A stretch of DNA of 36,413 nt, from the IMG/VR virus record IMGVR_UViG_2724679172_000015, one strand, 5' to 3'. This DNA is from a virus (lineage: Duplodnaviria; Heunggongvirae; Uroviricota; Caudoviricetes). The stretch's first letter is position 1. The number at the start of each line of letters is the position of its first letter. Made by a program: the position numbers and the translations under genes. This document shows positions 1 through 9,003 of the stretch, in pieces. The notes under the pieces were generated by a model, which was given only the letters and a program-made list of their open reading frames with translations, searched no databases and had not been told where the DNA came from.

Positions 1-633
1 TCATTCATCGTTCGTTGCACGAACGCGCCTGATCTCCACTCTGGCAATCTGATCTGCTGGAATATAGGTTGCCAGAGCTCCCCAGTACTTATCAACCACG
101 CCTTTATACTCTTCCCATTCGTTACTGCCTGAAGGGCTGCTGTGCGTGACGTAAAGAACCATATCGCCTTTATTCCCCAGGGTAAACGGACCGTTAGGCC
201 ACTCTTCAAAGTTCCCTGGCAGCCGTGACATCATACCGGAACCATCGCGAAGAATCACTCTGACCTCGGTAACGCTGAAGCCTGTTTGATCAAACATTGC
301 CTGCCATGCTGAGCTGGTATCGTCAGACCATGAAACATCATTATTCCACAGTAATCTGTACATCCATTTGCGACCGTACCTGCGCCACCACGCACCGCAT
401 GTAACGGCACACAGAAGTGCTGGTGGTGTTGCCAGCCAGGCATTCAGACCTGCCCACATAACAGCCTGGTAAGCCATCATTGCTGTCAGGCCAAAAATCA
501 GCGAAGAAAAAGTCACCTCAATGGGCTTGTGGTGATCCTTCAGTCCCACATTCGCAATAAAATACCCAATATAGCCACTGGTCAGGGTCACCAGTGTTGC
601 CCATGGCAGATTTAACAACGAAACGTCAAACAT
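1..633 (-). CDS. Hypothetical membrane protein (about 3 N-terminal TM helices plus soluble C-terminal domain), 210 aa
   Basis: ORF in the 1..711 frame; best start is ATG at 633 preceded by AGGGAG 5 nt upstream; stop at 1-3; hydrophobic segments LVTLTSGYIGYFIANVGL, FSSLIFGLTAMMAYQAVMWAGL. Confidence 0.5.
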   Translation of the reverse strand: MFDVSLLNLPWATLVTLTSGYIGYFIANVGLKDHHKPIEVTFSSLIFGLTAMMAYQAVMWAGLNAWLATPPALLCAVTCGAWWRRYGRKWMYRLLWNNDVSWSDDTSSAWQAMFDQTGFSVTEVRVILRDGSGMMSRLPGNFEEWPNGPFTLGNKGDMVLYVTHSSPSGSNEWEEYKGVVDKYWGALATYIPADQIARVEIRRVRATNDE

Positions 634-670
634 ATTTTCTCCCTGCATCCTGAATACTAAAGAGAGAGCA

Positions 671-708
671 TAAAAAAAGCACGGTAAGGGGTCTACCGTG
701 CTTTTATA
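671..708 (-). terminator. Intrinsic terminator hairpin between mor-like gene and the downstream membrane-protein gene (possibly bidirectional)
   Basis: Perfect 9-bp inverted repeat AGCACGGTA / TACCGTGCT (678-686 and 694-702) with 7-nt loop, flanked by an A7 run on the plus strand (U-run on the minus transcript) and TTTTATA on the other side. Confidence 0.5.
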
Positions 709-747
709 CAATAAGGAGATTTTTGAAAGGACTTTAACAAGCAGGAA

Positions 748-1146
748 TTATCTGGATTTGTTAACGTCTTTCGTCTCCTCTGGCAGATCTTCATCAAACA
801 ACCTGCCCTGCATCCGATCCAGTTCTTCTTTTCTGACCCGCTTAACCACGCTGTAGACCCACTGAAGCGAAACACCAAACTTGCGGGCCAGTTCGTGGTG
901 GTTGCGTCCGTTAAACTCCCTGAAGATTTCCCGGTCGCGCTGACTGACCTTCCATACCATGCCCATCGGGAAATAAACGTTTTGCCCGCCCCAGACCTGC
1001 ATCATTCGGTTCGCGACGGCCTGACCAATCTGGTCGGCAATTGCGGGCTCAATATCAATAATCTCGCGAACGGTCTCAGAGGTATGCTGTGCCAGCTCCA
1101 CCAGGAGTTCCGGCCCTTTACTTCGAAACTGATTCAGGTCGCTCAT
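748..1146 (-). CDS. mor: Mor/C-family transcriptional activator (middle-operon regulator)
   Basis: 132 aa; C-terminal motif FNGRNHHELARKFGVSLQWVYSVVKRVR matches the HTH region of Mu Mor as I recall it (WNDFNGRN..L...YGV....VYKAIRR); RBS GGGAG before ATG. Confidence 0.7.
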   Translation of the reverse strand: MSDLNQFRSKGPELLVELAQHTSETVREIIDIEPAIADQIGQAVANRMMQVWGGQNVYFPMGMVWKVSQRDREIFREFNGRNHHELARKFGVSLQWVYSVVKRVRKEELDRMQGRLFDEDLPEETKDVNKSR

Positions 1147-1567
1147 GTTTTACTCCCGCAGCTCTGTGCTGCCACTTCTTCAGTTTCTCAATAACACTGC
1201 TTGCCTGTTCAGTATTGAGCCAGCGCAGGGCGCTGATGCCCGTTTCCCGCTTGATCCACCGCGCTAATGCATTTTCTGAACGGTCACGAACAATGCCGGC
1301 AGCAGCCATTTCAAGCCATAGCGCACGAATTTTCCTGGACTGCGGATGGTTATCCAGCGGTAAACCGGAGCTGGCTTTTCTGGCTGGTTTAACGCGAAAG
1401 CCTTTCTTTTTCATGGATTCCAGCACGCAGTTTAGTTGTGTGGTATCCATTCCTTTGGTTGAGGCTTTACCGGTCAGCCCCTGTAACATCTGGCGGTAGG
1501 TGTCTTCATCCATACCCAGTTCATTACGGGCAATATGGATAAGCTGTATCAGGCGTTTTTTCTGCAT
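1118..1567 (-). CDS. Mu gp16/GemA-like protein (DUF1018-type), 149 aa
   Basis: ORF with AGGAGA RBS; N-terminal pattern LIQLIHIARNELGMDEDTYRQML resembles Mu-like prophage gp16 family; position upstream of mor as in Mu. Confidence 0.5.
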   Translation of the reverse strand: MQKKRLIQLIHIARNELGMDEDTYRQMLQGLTGKASTKGMDTTQLNCVLESMKKKGFRVKPARKASSGLPLDNHPQSRKIRALWLEMAAAGIVRDRSENALARWIKRETGISALRWLNTEQASSVIEKLKKWQHRAAGVKHERPESVSK

Positions 1568-1568
1568 A

Positions 1569-1775
1569 TCATCTCCTTTTTTTCAGTCTGTCGGCAACAA
1601 TGTCGGTTGCAGCTGGCAGGGTGACTGGCCAGAACAACATGACGGCGGTCATGTACAGGATGTAATGCGCGGTGTCGTAGTGCCTGCCATAGCCCAGGGA
1701 ACGATGAAGTCTTGCGCTGCATGATCCTGCGTACATATACCAGAAAAGAAAACAGACAATGGTTTCAGTAGTCAT
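1569..1775 (-). CDS. Small hydrophobic membrane protein, 68 aa
   Basis: ATG at 1775 preceded by GGAGG; two hydrophobic segments; the longer 120-aa ORF N-terminus has no RBS. Confidence 0.4.
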   Translation of the reverse strand: MTTETIVCFLFWYMYAGSCSARLHRSLGYGRHYDTAHYILYMTAVMLFWPVTLPAATDIVADRLKKRR

Positions 1776-1995
1776 TCTGAATACCTCCCCATTCGATATG
1801 AATATTACGGGCAGCAATGACAGGGTCGTTATTCCACCATGCACCTGACATGTATTTTTCAACCTGTTCGCGTCCGGCAATAACACCAATTGTGATCCCC
1901 GGCCTGACGTTCTTAAAAAAGGCGCGGGCAAAAAGGTATCTGGCAGATATTCGGCAGGCTTTTAATTTCCGGCTGTTACCTGATAGCGTAATCAT
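1765..1995 (-). CDS. Hypothetical protein, 76 aa
   Basis: ATG overlapping upstream stop (ATGA coupling), GGAGG RBS. Confidence 0.4.
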   Translation of the reverse strand: MITLSGNSRKLKACRISARYLFARAFFKNVRPGITIGVIAGREQVEKYMSGAWWNNDPVIAARNIHIEWGGIQNDY

Positions 1996-2675
1996 CTGGC
2001 CTCCAGTTTCTGTTGTTCCTGCCCACTGACCGGGCGGTGCAGTCTGACGTTCTGCCCTTCACGAAACCCCGCATAGCGCGAGGCGTCGCCATTGCGGCTT
2101 CTTCCCGGTTTACGCGCCCTGGTGGTTTGCGTTTGCGGGTATTTATGTTCCAGCCACTGTTGCATCAGTTCACGCTCATCATCGGTCAGGGCAAAGGACT
2201 GTATTTCACTGATAACGGCCAGTACCCAGCCTTCAGCAAACTGGTCTCCACGGCTGGTACGGGTGGCGTTTTTTATTCTTTTGTTCTGTGCGCTGATATA
2301 CTGCTGACGCGCCTTTTTCAGCTGGCGGACCAGCACTTCCCAGGTGTACGCAGCCAGTGCCGCTCGTTCCCGGTTACCGTAGAACCCCACAGACGGATGC
2401 GTGCCGGGGTGAATGATGGAGTTAACACCAAATGCCTCGCGGATGATGTTCATCAGGCCCAGCATGTAGCGCGGTGGACGGAGACTGCCTGTCGGCCAGT
2501 AATGACTGATGGTTTCATCAATATCACTCATAGCAATGTCGGAATGTGTGATGCCGTGAACATCCATCAGTTTACGGGCTCGGCGCAGTGCCAGAGCGGC
2601 CTCGTGCGGGTTGCCGGATGCGGCCAGCGCCAGCAACTTTTTCAGTTTCTCAATGTGTTTATTCTGGTCTGTCAT
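1992..2675 (-). CDS. DUF2786-like early protein, 227 aa
   Basis: Start chosen at internal ATG (2675) with GGAGA RBS and ATGA overlap with upstream gene; N-terminal motif KLKKLLALAASGNPHEAALALRRARKLM typical of DUF2786. Confidence 0.5.
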   Translation of the reverse strand: MTDQNKHIEKLKKLLALAASGNPHEAALALRRARKLMDVHGITHSDIAMSDIDETISHYWPTGSLRPPRYMLGLMNIIREAFGVNSIIHPGTHPSVGFYGNRERAALAAYTWEVLVRQLKKARQQYISAQNKRIKNATRTSRGDQFAEGWVLAVISEIQSFALTDDERELMQQWLEHKYPQTQTTRARKPGRSRNGDASRYAGFREGQNVRLHRPVSGQEQQKLEAR

Positions 2676-2887
2676 TGTTCTGTATCTCCGGTATTTTTCT
2701 GCCGTTTCCATGCCCGGACAGCGTCGGACAGCTCTTTCAGGCTGTATGCTGCTTTAAGCTTTTCCCATAACCACTGTGTTGTTATGTGCATCAGCAGGGC
2801 AGCCAGGGCTGCCCCCGCACTGAGGCATGTCGCCAGGCCAGTAAGAATCAGTGTCCATGCGGTGATTTCCCTGAGTATGTCAGCCAT
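2672..2887 (-). CDS. Small membrane protein, 71 aa
   Basis: GGGAGG RBS 6 nt before ATG; one strong hydrophobic helix (WTLILTGLATCLSAGAALAALL). Confidence 0.5.
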   Translation of the reverse strand: MADILREITAWTLILTGLATCLSAGAALAALLMHITTQWLWEKLKAAYSLKELSDAVRAWKRQKNTGDTEQ

Positions 2888-2901
2888 TGAATGCCTCCCG
2901 G

Positions 2902-3201
2902 TTACTCGTTCGTGTAAATCACGCCCAGTCGTGCAGCCAGACGTTCCAGTTTTTTCTGTTTGTGGAAGTCAATCAGCCGGTCCATCCCCTGAAGGCGCAG
3001 TTGCTCTGTCATGATTTCCACGTCTGCCAGCTCTGCCGCGAGGTCACTTTCGCTGCCCTGTCCGTTCAGATTGCGGGCAGCACTGGCCGCCAGTTCAGCG
3101 GCCTCTTCTGTCAGTTTCAGGGCCTGTGCGTCCGGCCCGAAACGCTGCTGCAGGGCCAGACGGTAGAGGGCGGTGCGGGTGAGTTCGGTGTTTCGTGTCA
3201 T
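2902..3201 (-). CDS. MazG-like nucleotide pyrophosphohydrolase (small all-alpha NTP-PPase), 99 aa
   Basis: GAGGG RBS; acidic motifs EEAAELAA and LAAELADVEIM resemble the EExxE / ExxD metal-binding helices of the MazG family. Confidence 0.5.
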   Translation of the reverse strand: MTRNTELTRTALYRLALQQRFGPDAQALKLTEEAAELAASAARNLNGQGSESDLAAELADVEIMTEQLRLQGMDRLIDFHKQKKLERLAARLGVIYTNE

Positions 3202-3210
3202 GCCGCGCCC

Positions 3211-3483
3211 TCAGTGCTTCCGGCTGACGGTGATGTGCAGGCCGCCTTCTGCAGTGGTTTCCATCCGGTACGGCACCTCATGCTCTGCCGTGTGGGTGAG
3301 TGTGTTCATCAGTACCTGCAGGGCAGCCTCCTTTCCGTTGGTCGCCACAATGGCCTGTGTGGCCATGCTGATTAGCGCCGTCAGGACGTGCTTCACATCG
3401 GTGAGGTCGCGGCATTCACACTCGTTGACATAGTGTTCAACAAGAGTTCGGGTGCGCTGTCGTGCTTCCTGTGGGGTAATCAT
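3211..3483 (-). CDS. Hypothetical early protein, 90 aa
   Basis: ORF with start overlapping the upstream gene (coupled); no recognisable domain. Confidence 0.45.
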   Translation of the reverse strand: MITPQEARQRTRTLVEHYVNECECRDLTDVKHVLTALISMATQAIVATNGKEAALQVLMNTLTHTAEHEVPYRMETTAEGGLHITVSRKH

Positions 3484-3674
3484 TGCGCGTCCTCCCTGTC
3501 AGGGCGGGAGAATTCTATGACGGGCACGTCCGCCGAAAAATGCTGGCTGCAGTACGGGCAGACCAGGGTGACACGTACTGCAGGTATGTGATACTTACCG
3601 GACATCACGGCGATGGCGCTGTGAAAACGCAGGGCTGTTATATCCCTCTCGCACTGAATACATTTAAATATCAT
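3480..3674 (-). CDS. Small zinc-ribbon-like protein, 64 aa
   Basis: Two CxxC pairs (CIQC ... CPYC); GAGGAGAA RBS. Confidence 0.5.
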   Translation of the reverse strand: MIFKCIQCERDITALRFHSAIAVMSGKYHIPAVRVTLVCPYCSQHFSADVPVIEFSRPDREDAQ

Positions 3675-3771
3675 AATTTAATTCTCCTCTGTTTCCGGCG
3701 TGCAGAAGCCCGCGGCGCTGACGCCGGAATAAAAAAGAAAATGTTTTTATTAAATAATTAACGTGGTGTGT

Positions 3772-4302
3772 TTACTGCACATCCTGCTCAAAAGGAATTA
3801 TTGAAAAATCCTCAATATCACTTTTTATGGTAATACCGGGAATATTTTTCACAGCCTCTTTTTCATTCAGAATGGCATCTTTATTTATTTCCTCCTTTAC
3901 ACGAATAAAGCGCTCAAGCCCCAGACGTCTCAGCAGTTCAATGACATTATCCGCTCCGCGAATGCTGACTGACGGCGGGCGGTTTCGCCACTGCACCTCG
4001 CCGGTGGTGAGGTTAGCAAACTTCACCTTCCCGTTGCCGGTCAGTTCATCACGGTGTGCCTCACACCATGTCTGGATACCGGACTGCAGTTCGGCCATGC
4101 GTTTTTTCAGGCTCTCGGTGAGCGGGGCATAACGTGCGGTGATATCGCCAATGGCGTCATTCATTTCTGTTTCAGCCCTGACCAGTTCACGTTGTGCGTC
4201 ACCGAGCAGTCTGATGCCCTCAATGACCTCTTCGCGTGTCCCTGGTACCCAGAGTGCCGCTGCGGACTTGATACGTTTTGCCCCTTTTGTACTTTTTGCC
4301 AT
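3772..4302 (-). CDS. gam: Gam-like host-nuclease inhibitor (Mu Gam family, DNA-end binding)
   Basis: 176 aa; strong resemblance to Mu Gam as I recall it (RIKSAAA..., ETEMNDAI, WCEA.RDELT..GKVK.ANL.TG.V.WR.RPPSVSIRG, SDIEDFSIIPFEQ). Confidence 0.85.
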   Translation of the reverse strand: MAKSTKGAKRIKSAAALWVPGTREEVIEGIRLLGDAQRELVRAETEMNDAIGDITARYAPLTESLKKRMAELQSGIQTWCEAHRDELTGNGKVKFANLTTGEVQWRNRPPSVSIRGADNVIELLRRLGLERFIRVKEEINKDAILNEKEAVKNIPGITIKSDIEDFSIIPFEQDVQ

Positions 4303-4329
4303 ATTTTATGATTTCTCCGGTTGTGCTGA

Positions 4330-4599
4330 TTACCACAAAGATTCCGGCCACACGACGCGACAGCCGTGCAGTTCGAAAACGCCCTGACGGAAATATCCCC
4401 TGTGGTCATGTCCGGTATACAGATAACAGGCCTTTCCCTGCTCAAGCATGCGCATGCAATGCGCACTCCGGGAAACGCGGATGACAGGTTTGTTACCCCT
4501 GATGGTGATGCTTTGTACATCCGTGTTCGTCGCCTTAAGCGCCATAATGGCTGACTGCACTTTACTGATTTGCTGGTTGATACCTGTGGTGGATTTCAT
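4330..4599 (-). CDS. Hypothetical protein, 89 aa
   Basis: ATG 2 nt after the stop of the upstream ATPase gene, AAAGGGG RBS. Confidence 0.45.
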   Translation of the reverse strand: MKSTTGINQQISKVQSAIMALKATNTDVQSITIRGNKPVIRVSRSAHCMRMLEQGKACYLYTGHDHRGYFRQGVFELHGCRVVWPESLW

Positions 4600-4601
4600 T
4601 A

Positions 4602-5768
4602 TTAAACCCCTTTGACAACGTCAGCGTTGACCTGTGGAACCCCGATTTCAGCGGCCAGATTCATGGCGGCTATTACCAGGTTACTGACGGCCAGCGGATA
4701 CAGCAGGCTGACCATATTTTTACGATGACTTCCCGGATTGCTCAGGCGGGTACGTATGGCATCCACTGCGCTGGCGTCCATAATGTCCGTCAGTTGTTTA
4801 CCGGCCCGTTGCAGTTTGAACGTCAGAAATTCTTCAAGGTGATTGTCCAGAGGCAGAAGTTCGACCACCTCACAGCGCTGAACGACTTCGCGGACTTCCA
4901 TATTGCGTTCAGACAGTTTTGTCGCCAGTTCCGGCTGGCCAATCAGCACGATGGACAGCAGTTTTTTGAAACCGGACTCCAGCTCAAAAAAGCGTTTGAG
5001 GTGTTTCAGTGTCGGAATGGGCAGACTGTGGGCCTCCTCAATCACCAGAACGTGGCTGAACCCCGCCTGGCTGCTGTCTTTCAGGACGCGATGCAACTGG
5101 CGAAAGCGGGCGTCCTGACTGCGTCTGATGCTTTCCAGTGGTGCGATGGTACTGATAATGGCTTCGGCAATCGCTGCTGCCTTCAGGGTTTTCCCTTTCA
5201 CATCGTTGTCTTCCATAGCGATGATGTATGGCTCGATAACAATTACCGGCGCATTCTCGCGGTTGATACGTTCAGTCAGGTCACGGCGCAGCGTGGATTT
5301 ACCCGCACCGGACTCACCGATGACGGCCATAAACCCACCATGACGGGCTGTCTGGTACAACGCCTCACGCACGTAGCGAATGTCCGGGGTGGTGAACACA
5401 TCATCAGAACCCTGCATGGCTTCGTCGGCGAACGGGTCACGGAAAAGACCAAACGCTTTTTTGGTTGCTGGAAATAACACCTGTTTTTTGAGTAACATAT
5501 TCTCTTCCTCACTGAGGCTCGTTTTATCTGTGGTACCCGCTGTACGGGGCGTGGCCGCGCCCTGTACAGCATCAAAACTCTTCGCTGTATCAATCCCCTG
5601 ACTTTCCAGCCAGGACGCAAGACGCCGGCGCACTTCTCCGGGGCTGGTGCGGGGCCACGCGTTATGATTCACAATCTGGGCCAGCGTGGCCTCAGAAACA
5701 TCGACAGCTCTCGCCACCACCGCCTGTGGAATACGGGCCTCTTTCAGTTGCTGCTTCAGTACCAGCAT
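4602..5768 (-). CDS. MuB-like transposition ATPase (AAA+), 388 aa from the preferred start
   Basis: Walker A GESGAGKST, Walker B-like HVLVIEEAH; N-terminal HTH-like segment; start set at second ATG (5768) because GAGGAGGG precedes it; sits directly downstream of the transposase gene as in Mu. Confidence 0.75.
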   Translation of the reverse strand: MLVLKQQLKEARIPQAVVARAVDVSEATLAQIVNHNAWPRTSPGEVRRRLASWLESQGIDTAKSFDAVQGAATPRTAGTTDKTSLSEEENMLLKKQVLFPATKKAFGLFRDPFADEAMQGSDDVFTTPDIRYVREALYQTARHGGFMAVIGESGAGKSTLRRDLTERINRENAPVIVIEPYIIAMEDNDVKGKTLKAAAIAEAIISTIAPLESIRRSQDARFRQLHRVLKDSSQAGFSHVLVIEEAHSLPIPTLKHLKRFFELESGFKKLLSIVLIGQPELATKLSERNMEVREVVQRCEVVELLPLDNHLEEFLTFKLQRAGKQLTDIMDASAVDAIRTRLSNPGSHRKNMVSLLYPLAVSNLVIAAMNLAAEIGVPQVNADVVKGV

Positions 5769-5778
5769 GTTTCCCTCC

Positions 5779-7548
5779 TCAGTTGCCGTTAACAATGCTG
5801 ATAACGCTGCTGCGGGCCGGCGTGGTCAGCGTAGCCATGACTTCATCCAGTGCGGCTTCCGGTACGCCGTCCGGATACTGTGCCGTTAACTGGCGGTAAT
5901 GTTCCGGCGTCCAGGTAAGGCCGTTGGCGCTGAACTTCCCGCGCAGGGCTTTCGCGGCCTCCACATGAGTCATGGGACGCTGTTCAGTGCGCGGTCCGCG
6001 TACGTCAGAGGCCTGACCTCGCTTCGGTATACAGGCCGGAAGTGTGGCGTCATCAATATGTTTATACGGGTCAAGCCGCCCGCCGAACGGCAGCGCCTTC
6101 GCCTTGCGTGCGGCAGCTGCATCTGCGGCGTTGTCTGTACCGGTGACCAGCGCTTCGGTTTCTTTTGCCGCCATCTGCGCCGGGGTTTCCGGCAGGGCTT
6201 TGTAACTTTCGCCAAATACCGCCGCGCCTTCAGCAAAGCCAAACTCGTTCTTTCTGACCTCTTCGACCAGGAAGAACGTCTCGTGGCCGTCCTCACCGGT
6301 CAGAACCACCTGTGCCACATCGCTGCGCCACGGGTTACGGGTAATCATCAGTTTTTCACCGACCAGTACGCCCGGTACCGTTGATACGTCAAATTCAGTG
6401 CCCCGGAACGAGACACGAAGTTTTGGCGTGACTTTGCGGAGTTCTGGTGCCGCCACAGCCAGTTCACGACATACCTCAACGGAAGGCGCTTTTTTCAGCT
6501 GCTCAGCAGTAATCTTCAGCCAGATATCCGTGCGGGTTTTACCGTGGCGGCTGTGAACAGCCGTGGCGTTAAAGTGGCTGCGCCATTTCGCGGCCAGCGC
6601 GTTGAGTTCTTCCAGACTGTGAACCGGCCGGAACTTCAGACCCGGCTCCAGCTTGCGTTCGATAATGTCACGCGCCTTTTCCACCTGTCCGGTGGCGCGG
6701 GCGTTATGCGGCTTGTGCGCTATCAGGTCAATGCCCAGTGAGCGGCACATGTTTTTCGTCATACCCGCGGTGTTTGCCGAGCCGGGGTCGAGATAGAGTA
6801 TTTTTGGCACGCCGTGCAGCACGTCTGCGCCGCCACGCTCCTGCATGGCGTTGATAAGCACAGAACACAGGTTCTCACCGGATTCCGCACCCGTCACATA
6901 CTCAACGTAAATCCAGCCGCTGGCATGGTCGGTAATCTCGTAACTCCACACGCGGTCACTGGCGATACGGGCAAGGTTAGCGGGTTTGTTCTTGTAGAAC
7001 TTCGCGCTGTCCATCACCTGCAGCCCTTTGTGTCCATTGCTCAGGTAGTAAAGCGTGCAGAGAGAGGCATCAATCTGCCAGACATGATTGGGATGCAGAC
7101 TGGCCACTTCGGTATGCGGCGCAGGGGCATCCAGTTGTTCCGGGTGCAGGCCATAGTTACGCAGGGCACGACTGATGGCATCTTCGGACAACGGGAAAAA
7201 CTCACCGGTGGTTTCATCTGTTCTGCCTGCGGAGATAAAGCCGTTAGCCCGCAGGGTTTCCACTGCATCCGCGATGGAATAGAGACGCTTACCGTTCTTG
7301 CGGGTGGCCTCACGCAGTGTGGCAGATATCAGCGCGGCTTCGTCGCGGGTCAGGGCGCTGCGCCCGGCATCGGCGCGTTTTTTGCGTTTATCAGTCACAG
7401 ATACCTCCTTCAGCCTGCGCAGCAGAGTGGCGCGGGACATGCCAAGTTCAGCACAGGCAGCGTCGTATATTGCACCGCGTTTACCATGCCCCGCGTCACG
7501 TGCCGCGCGGGCGACATAAACCAGTCGTTCAGTCAGGGCAGCATTCAT
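5779..7548 (-). CDS. MuA-like DDE transposase, 589 aa
   Basis: GGAGG RBS; N-terminal HTH, integrase-core-like region (HVWQIDASLCTLYY...), size and position upstream of the B-like ATPase. Confidence 0.8.
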   Translation of the reverse strand: MNAALTERLVYVARAARDAGHGKRGAIYDAACAELGMSRATLLRRLKEVSVTDKRKKRADAGRSALTRDEAALISATLREATRKNGKRLYSIADAVETLRANGFISAGRTDETTGEFFPLSEDAISRALRNYGLHPEQLDAPAPHTEVASLHPNHVWQIDASLCTLYYLSNGHKGLQVMDSAKFYKNKPANLARIASDRVWSYEITDHASGWIYVEYVTGAESGENLCSVLINAMQERGGADVLHGVPKILYLDPGSANTAGMTKNMCRSLGIDLIAHKPHNARATGQVEKARDIIERKLEPGLKFRPVHSLEELNALAAKWRSHFNATAVHSRHGKTRTDIWLKITAEQLKKAPSVEVCRELAVAAPELRKVTPKLRVSFRGTEFDVSTVPGVLVGEKLMITRNPWRSDVAQVVLTGEDGHETFFLVEEVRKNEFGFAEGAAVFGESYKALPETPAQMAAKETEALVTGTDNAADAAAARKAKALPFGGRLDPYKHIDDATLPACIPKRGQASDVRGPRTEQRPMTHVEAAKALRGKFSANGLTWTPEHYRQLTAQYPDGVPEAALDEVMATLTTPARSSVISIVNGN

Positions 7549-7551
7549 TGG

Positions 7552-8463
7552 TTATGCCTCCAGCCCGTTAATCTGTGGCGTCGGCTCAGTCAGCCATGAA
7601 GGCGCTGCATTGCCTGTTGGCTCGTCCGGCAGGTCAAATGTTGAGCGCAGGCTACGCGCTGTGCTTTCCAGTTGACAGACCAGGCCTGCCATGAAGTCTC
7701 TGGGGGTATCAATCATGTTTTCAGCACAATATGCGCACAGCGTCTCAAAAGCGCTGGACAATCGAACGGCGATAGCAGATTCCGCCTCAACCGCTAATGC
7801 TGTTACTTCCGCCCGCAGCTTCTTAACCTCTTCATCAGGCTCAGGCGGCTGAATACGGGATTTCTTCTCCAGTCTGGTGGAGAGTGAGTCAATTTTTTCA
7901 TTTTTGTCAGCGAGTACGCGCTGTTGTGCTGCGTTGGTTTCGCGCGCTTCGCGCAGGGCCTGACGCAATTCACGTACTGACATGCGATCAACGTCGTCAA
8001 GCGTCAGGCCGGCAACTGTGCCGCCGTCGGCCAGTTCGGCAAGCTCTTCGTCGTCTTCTGTCATTAATTCGAAAAGTTTGGCTTTTCCTAAAAGCGCAAA
8101 CGTCTGCGCTTTTGACTCAAGTTGTGGTGATAAATATTTTATTGATGCCTGCATCATTACCTGTGCAGTACGCTTTGACATTGATAATTCAGACTCGACA
8201 ATATTTATGAAATCACCATGTGGTTCATTTTCTTTCAGTATTATCAGTCGTTTACCTGCCTCTAGCATGGCCTCAGCACTTTGTGCCATATAAAAGCGTG
8301 CTTCGTGAACAATGCGATCACGTTCATAAGGCAGACCATCGCCGAACTGCTGCATGATCTCCACGCGGTGTTGTGCCATGGTATTAAGACTGATGTTGAG
8401 ATCATCAGACAGCGGCACCTCAGCATTCAGATCAGTGGACATTGGTGATTTGGTACGTCCCAT
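7552..8463 (-). CDS. Hypothetical early protein with coiled-coil C-terminal half, 303 aa
   Basis: AGGAG RBS; acidic and coiled-coil-rich; no recognisable catalytic motif. Confidence 0.5.
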   Translation of the reverse strand: MGRTKSPMSTDLNAEVPLSDDLNISLNTMAQHRVEIMQQFGDGLPYERDRIVHEARFYMAQSAEAMLEAGKRLIILKENEPHGDFINIVESELSMSKRTAQVMMQASIKYLSPQLESKAQTFALLGKAKLFELMTEDDEELAELADGGTVAGLTLDDVDRMSVRELRQALREARETNAAQQRVLADKNEKIDSLSTRLEKKSRIQPPEPDEEVKKLRAEVTALAVEAESAIAVRLSSAFETLCAYCAENMIDTPRDFMAGLVCQLESTARSLRSTFDLPDEPTGNAAPSWLTEPTPQINGLEA

Positions 8464-8473
8464 TGATTACTCC

Positions 8474-8782
8474 TTATAAACGACTACCTGAAATGACACG
8501 TTGGTTGATTTCGTTAATACGATCCTGCGCTCGTGCCATCTCGTTACTATGAGCTATGGCGATCTGCAGTAACTGGATGCCCGGTGCAAAACGTCCATTC
8601 TCCAGTTTCAGGGCCAGCCCTTCTTCAATGAGGGTGTTGAGTGCCCGATTAATGTTTGCTGGTGACTCGTGCAGTGCTGCCGCCAGTTCACCGTTGGAGA
8701 TACCGTTCAAAGCGTGGCCACGTAACGCCTTAAGAACACGCAAAATACGGGTACCTGCGCTTGATGTATTTGGTTTATTCAT
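8474..8782 (-). CDS. Small winged-helix/HTH DNA-binding protein, 102 aa
   Basis: Perfect AAGGAGG RBS; ATGA overlap with ner-like stop; HTH-like segment ISNGELAAALHESPANINRALNTLIEEGL. Confidence 0.5.
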   Translation of the reverse strand: MNKPNTSSAGTRILRVLKALRGHALNGISNGELAAALHESPANINRALNTLIEEGLALKLENGRFAPGIQLLQIAIAHSNEMARAQDRINEINQRVISGSRL

Positions 8783-9003
8783 GACACCTCCTTAAGGATA
8801 CCGGGGGTAACTTCTTTACCTATTGCAACCGATAGATCTCGCAAAATCCGATAAGTCAAACGACCACGTGGTAGTTCACTTTTACCAGCCCAGCGACTGA
8901 CTGCCTGTGTGACTGTTCGTGGCTCATAACCTGCGTTAAGCGCGAACTGGCGCAAGCTACTGCCTCGTTCAACTAGTCGTGCCCGAACTTGTTGTTTATT
9001 CAT
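8779..9003 (-). CDS. ner: Ner-like DNA-binding regulator
   Basis: 74 aa; SLRQFALNAGYEPRTVTQAV resembles the Mu Ner HTH (SLSALSRQFGYAPTTLANAL); divergent from repressor gene as in Mu. Confidence 0.65.
   Translation of the reverse strand: MNKQQVRARLVERGSSLRQFALNAGYEPRTVTQAVSRWAGKSELPRGRLTYRILRDLSVAIGKEVTPGILKEVS

Noticed and set aside
2013-3014. 333-aa plus-strand ORF
   Set aside because: Antisense to a series of well-supported, translationally coupled minus-strand early genes; no RBS; Cys/His-rich low-complexity translation typical of a spurious ORF in GC-rich DNA.
4725-5477. 250-aa plus-strand ORF
   Set aside because: Lies entirely antisense within the MuB-like ATPase gene; no start context.
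6814-7599. 261-aa plus-strand ORF
   Set aside because: Antisense to the transposase gene; no RBS; composition typical of reverse-frame artefact.
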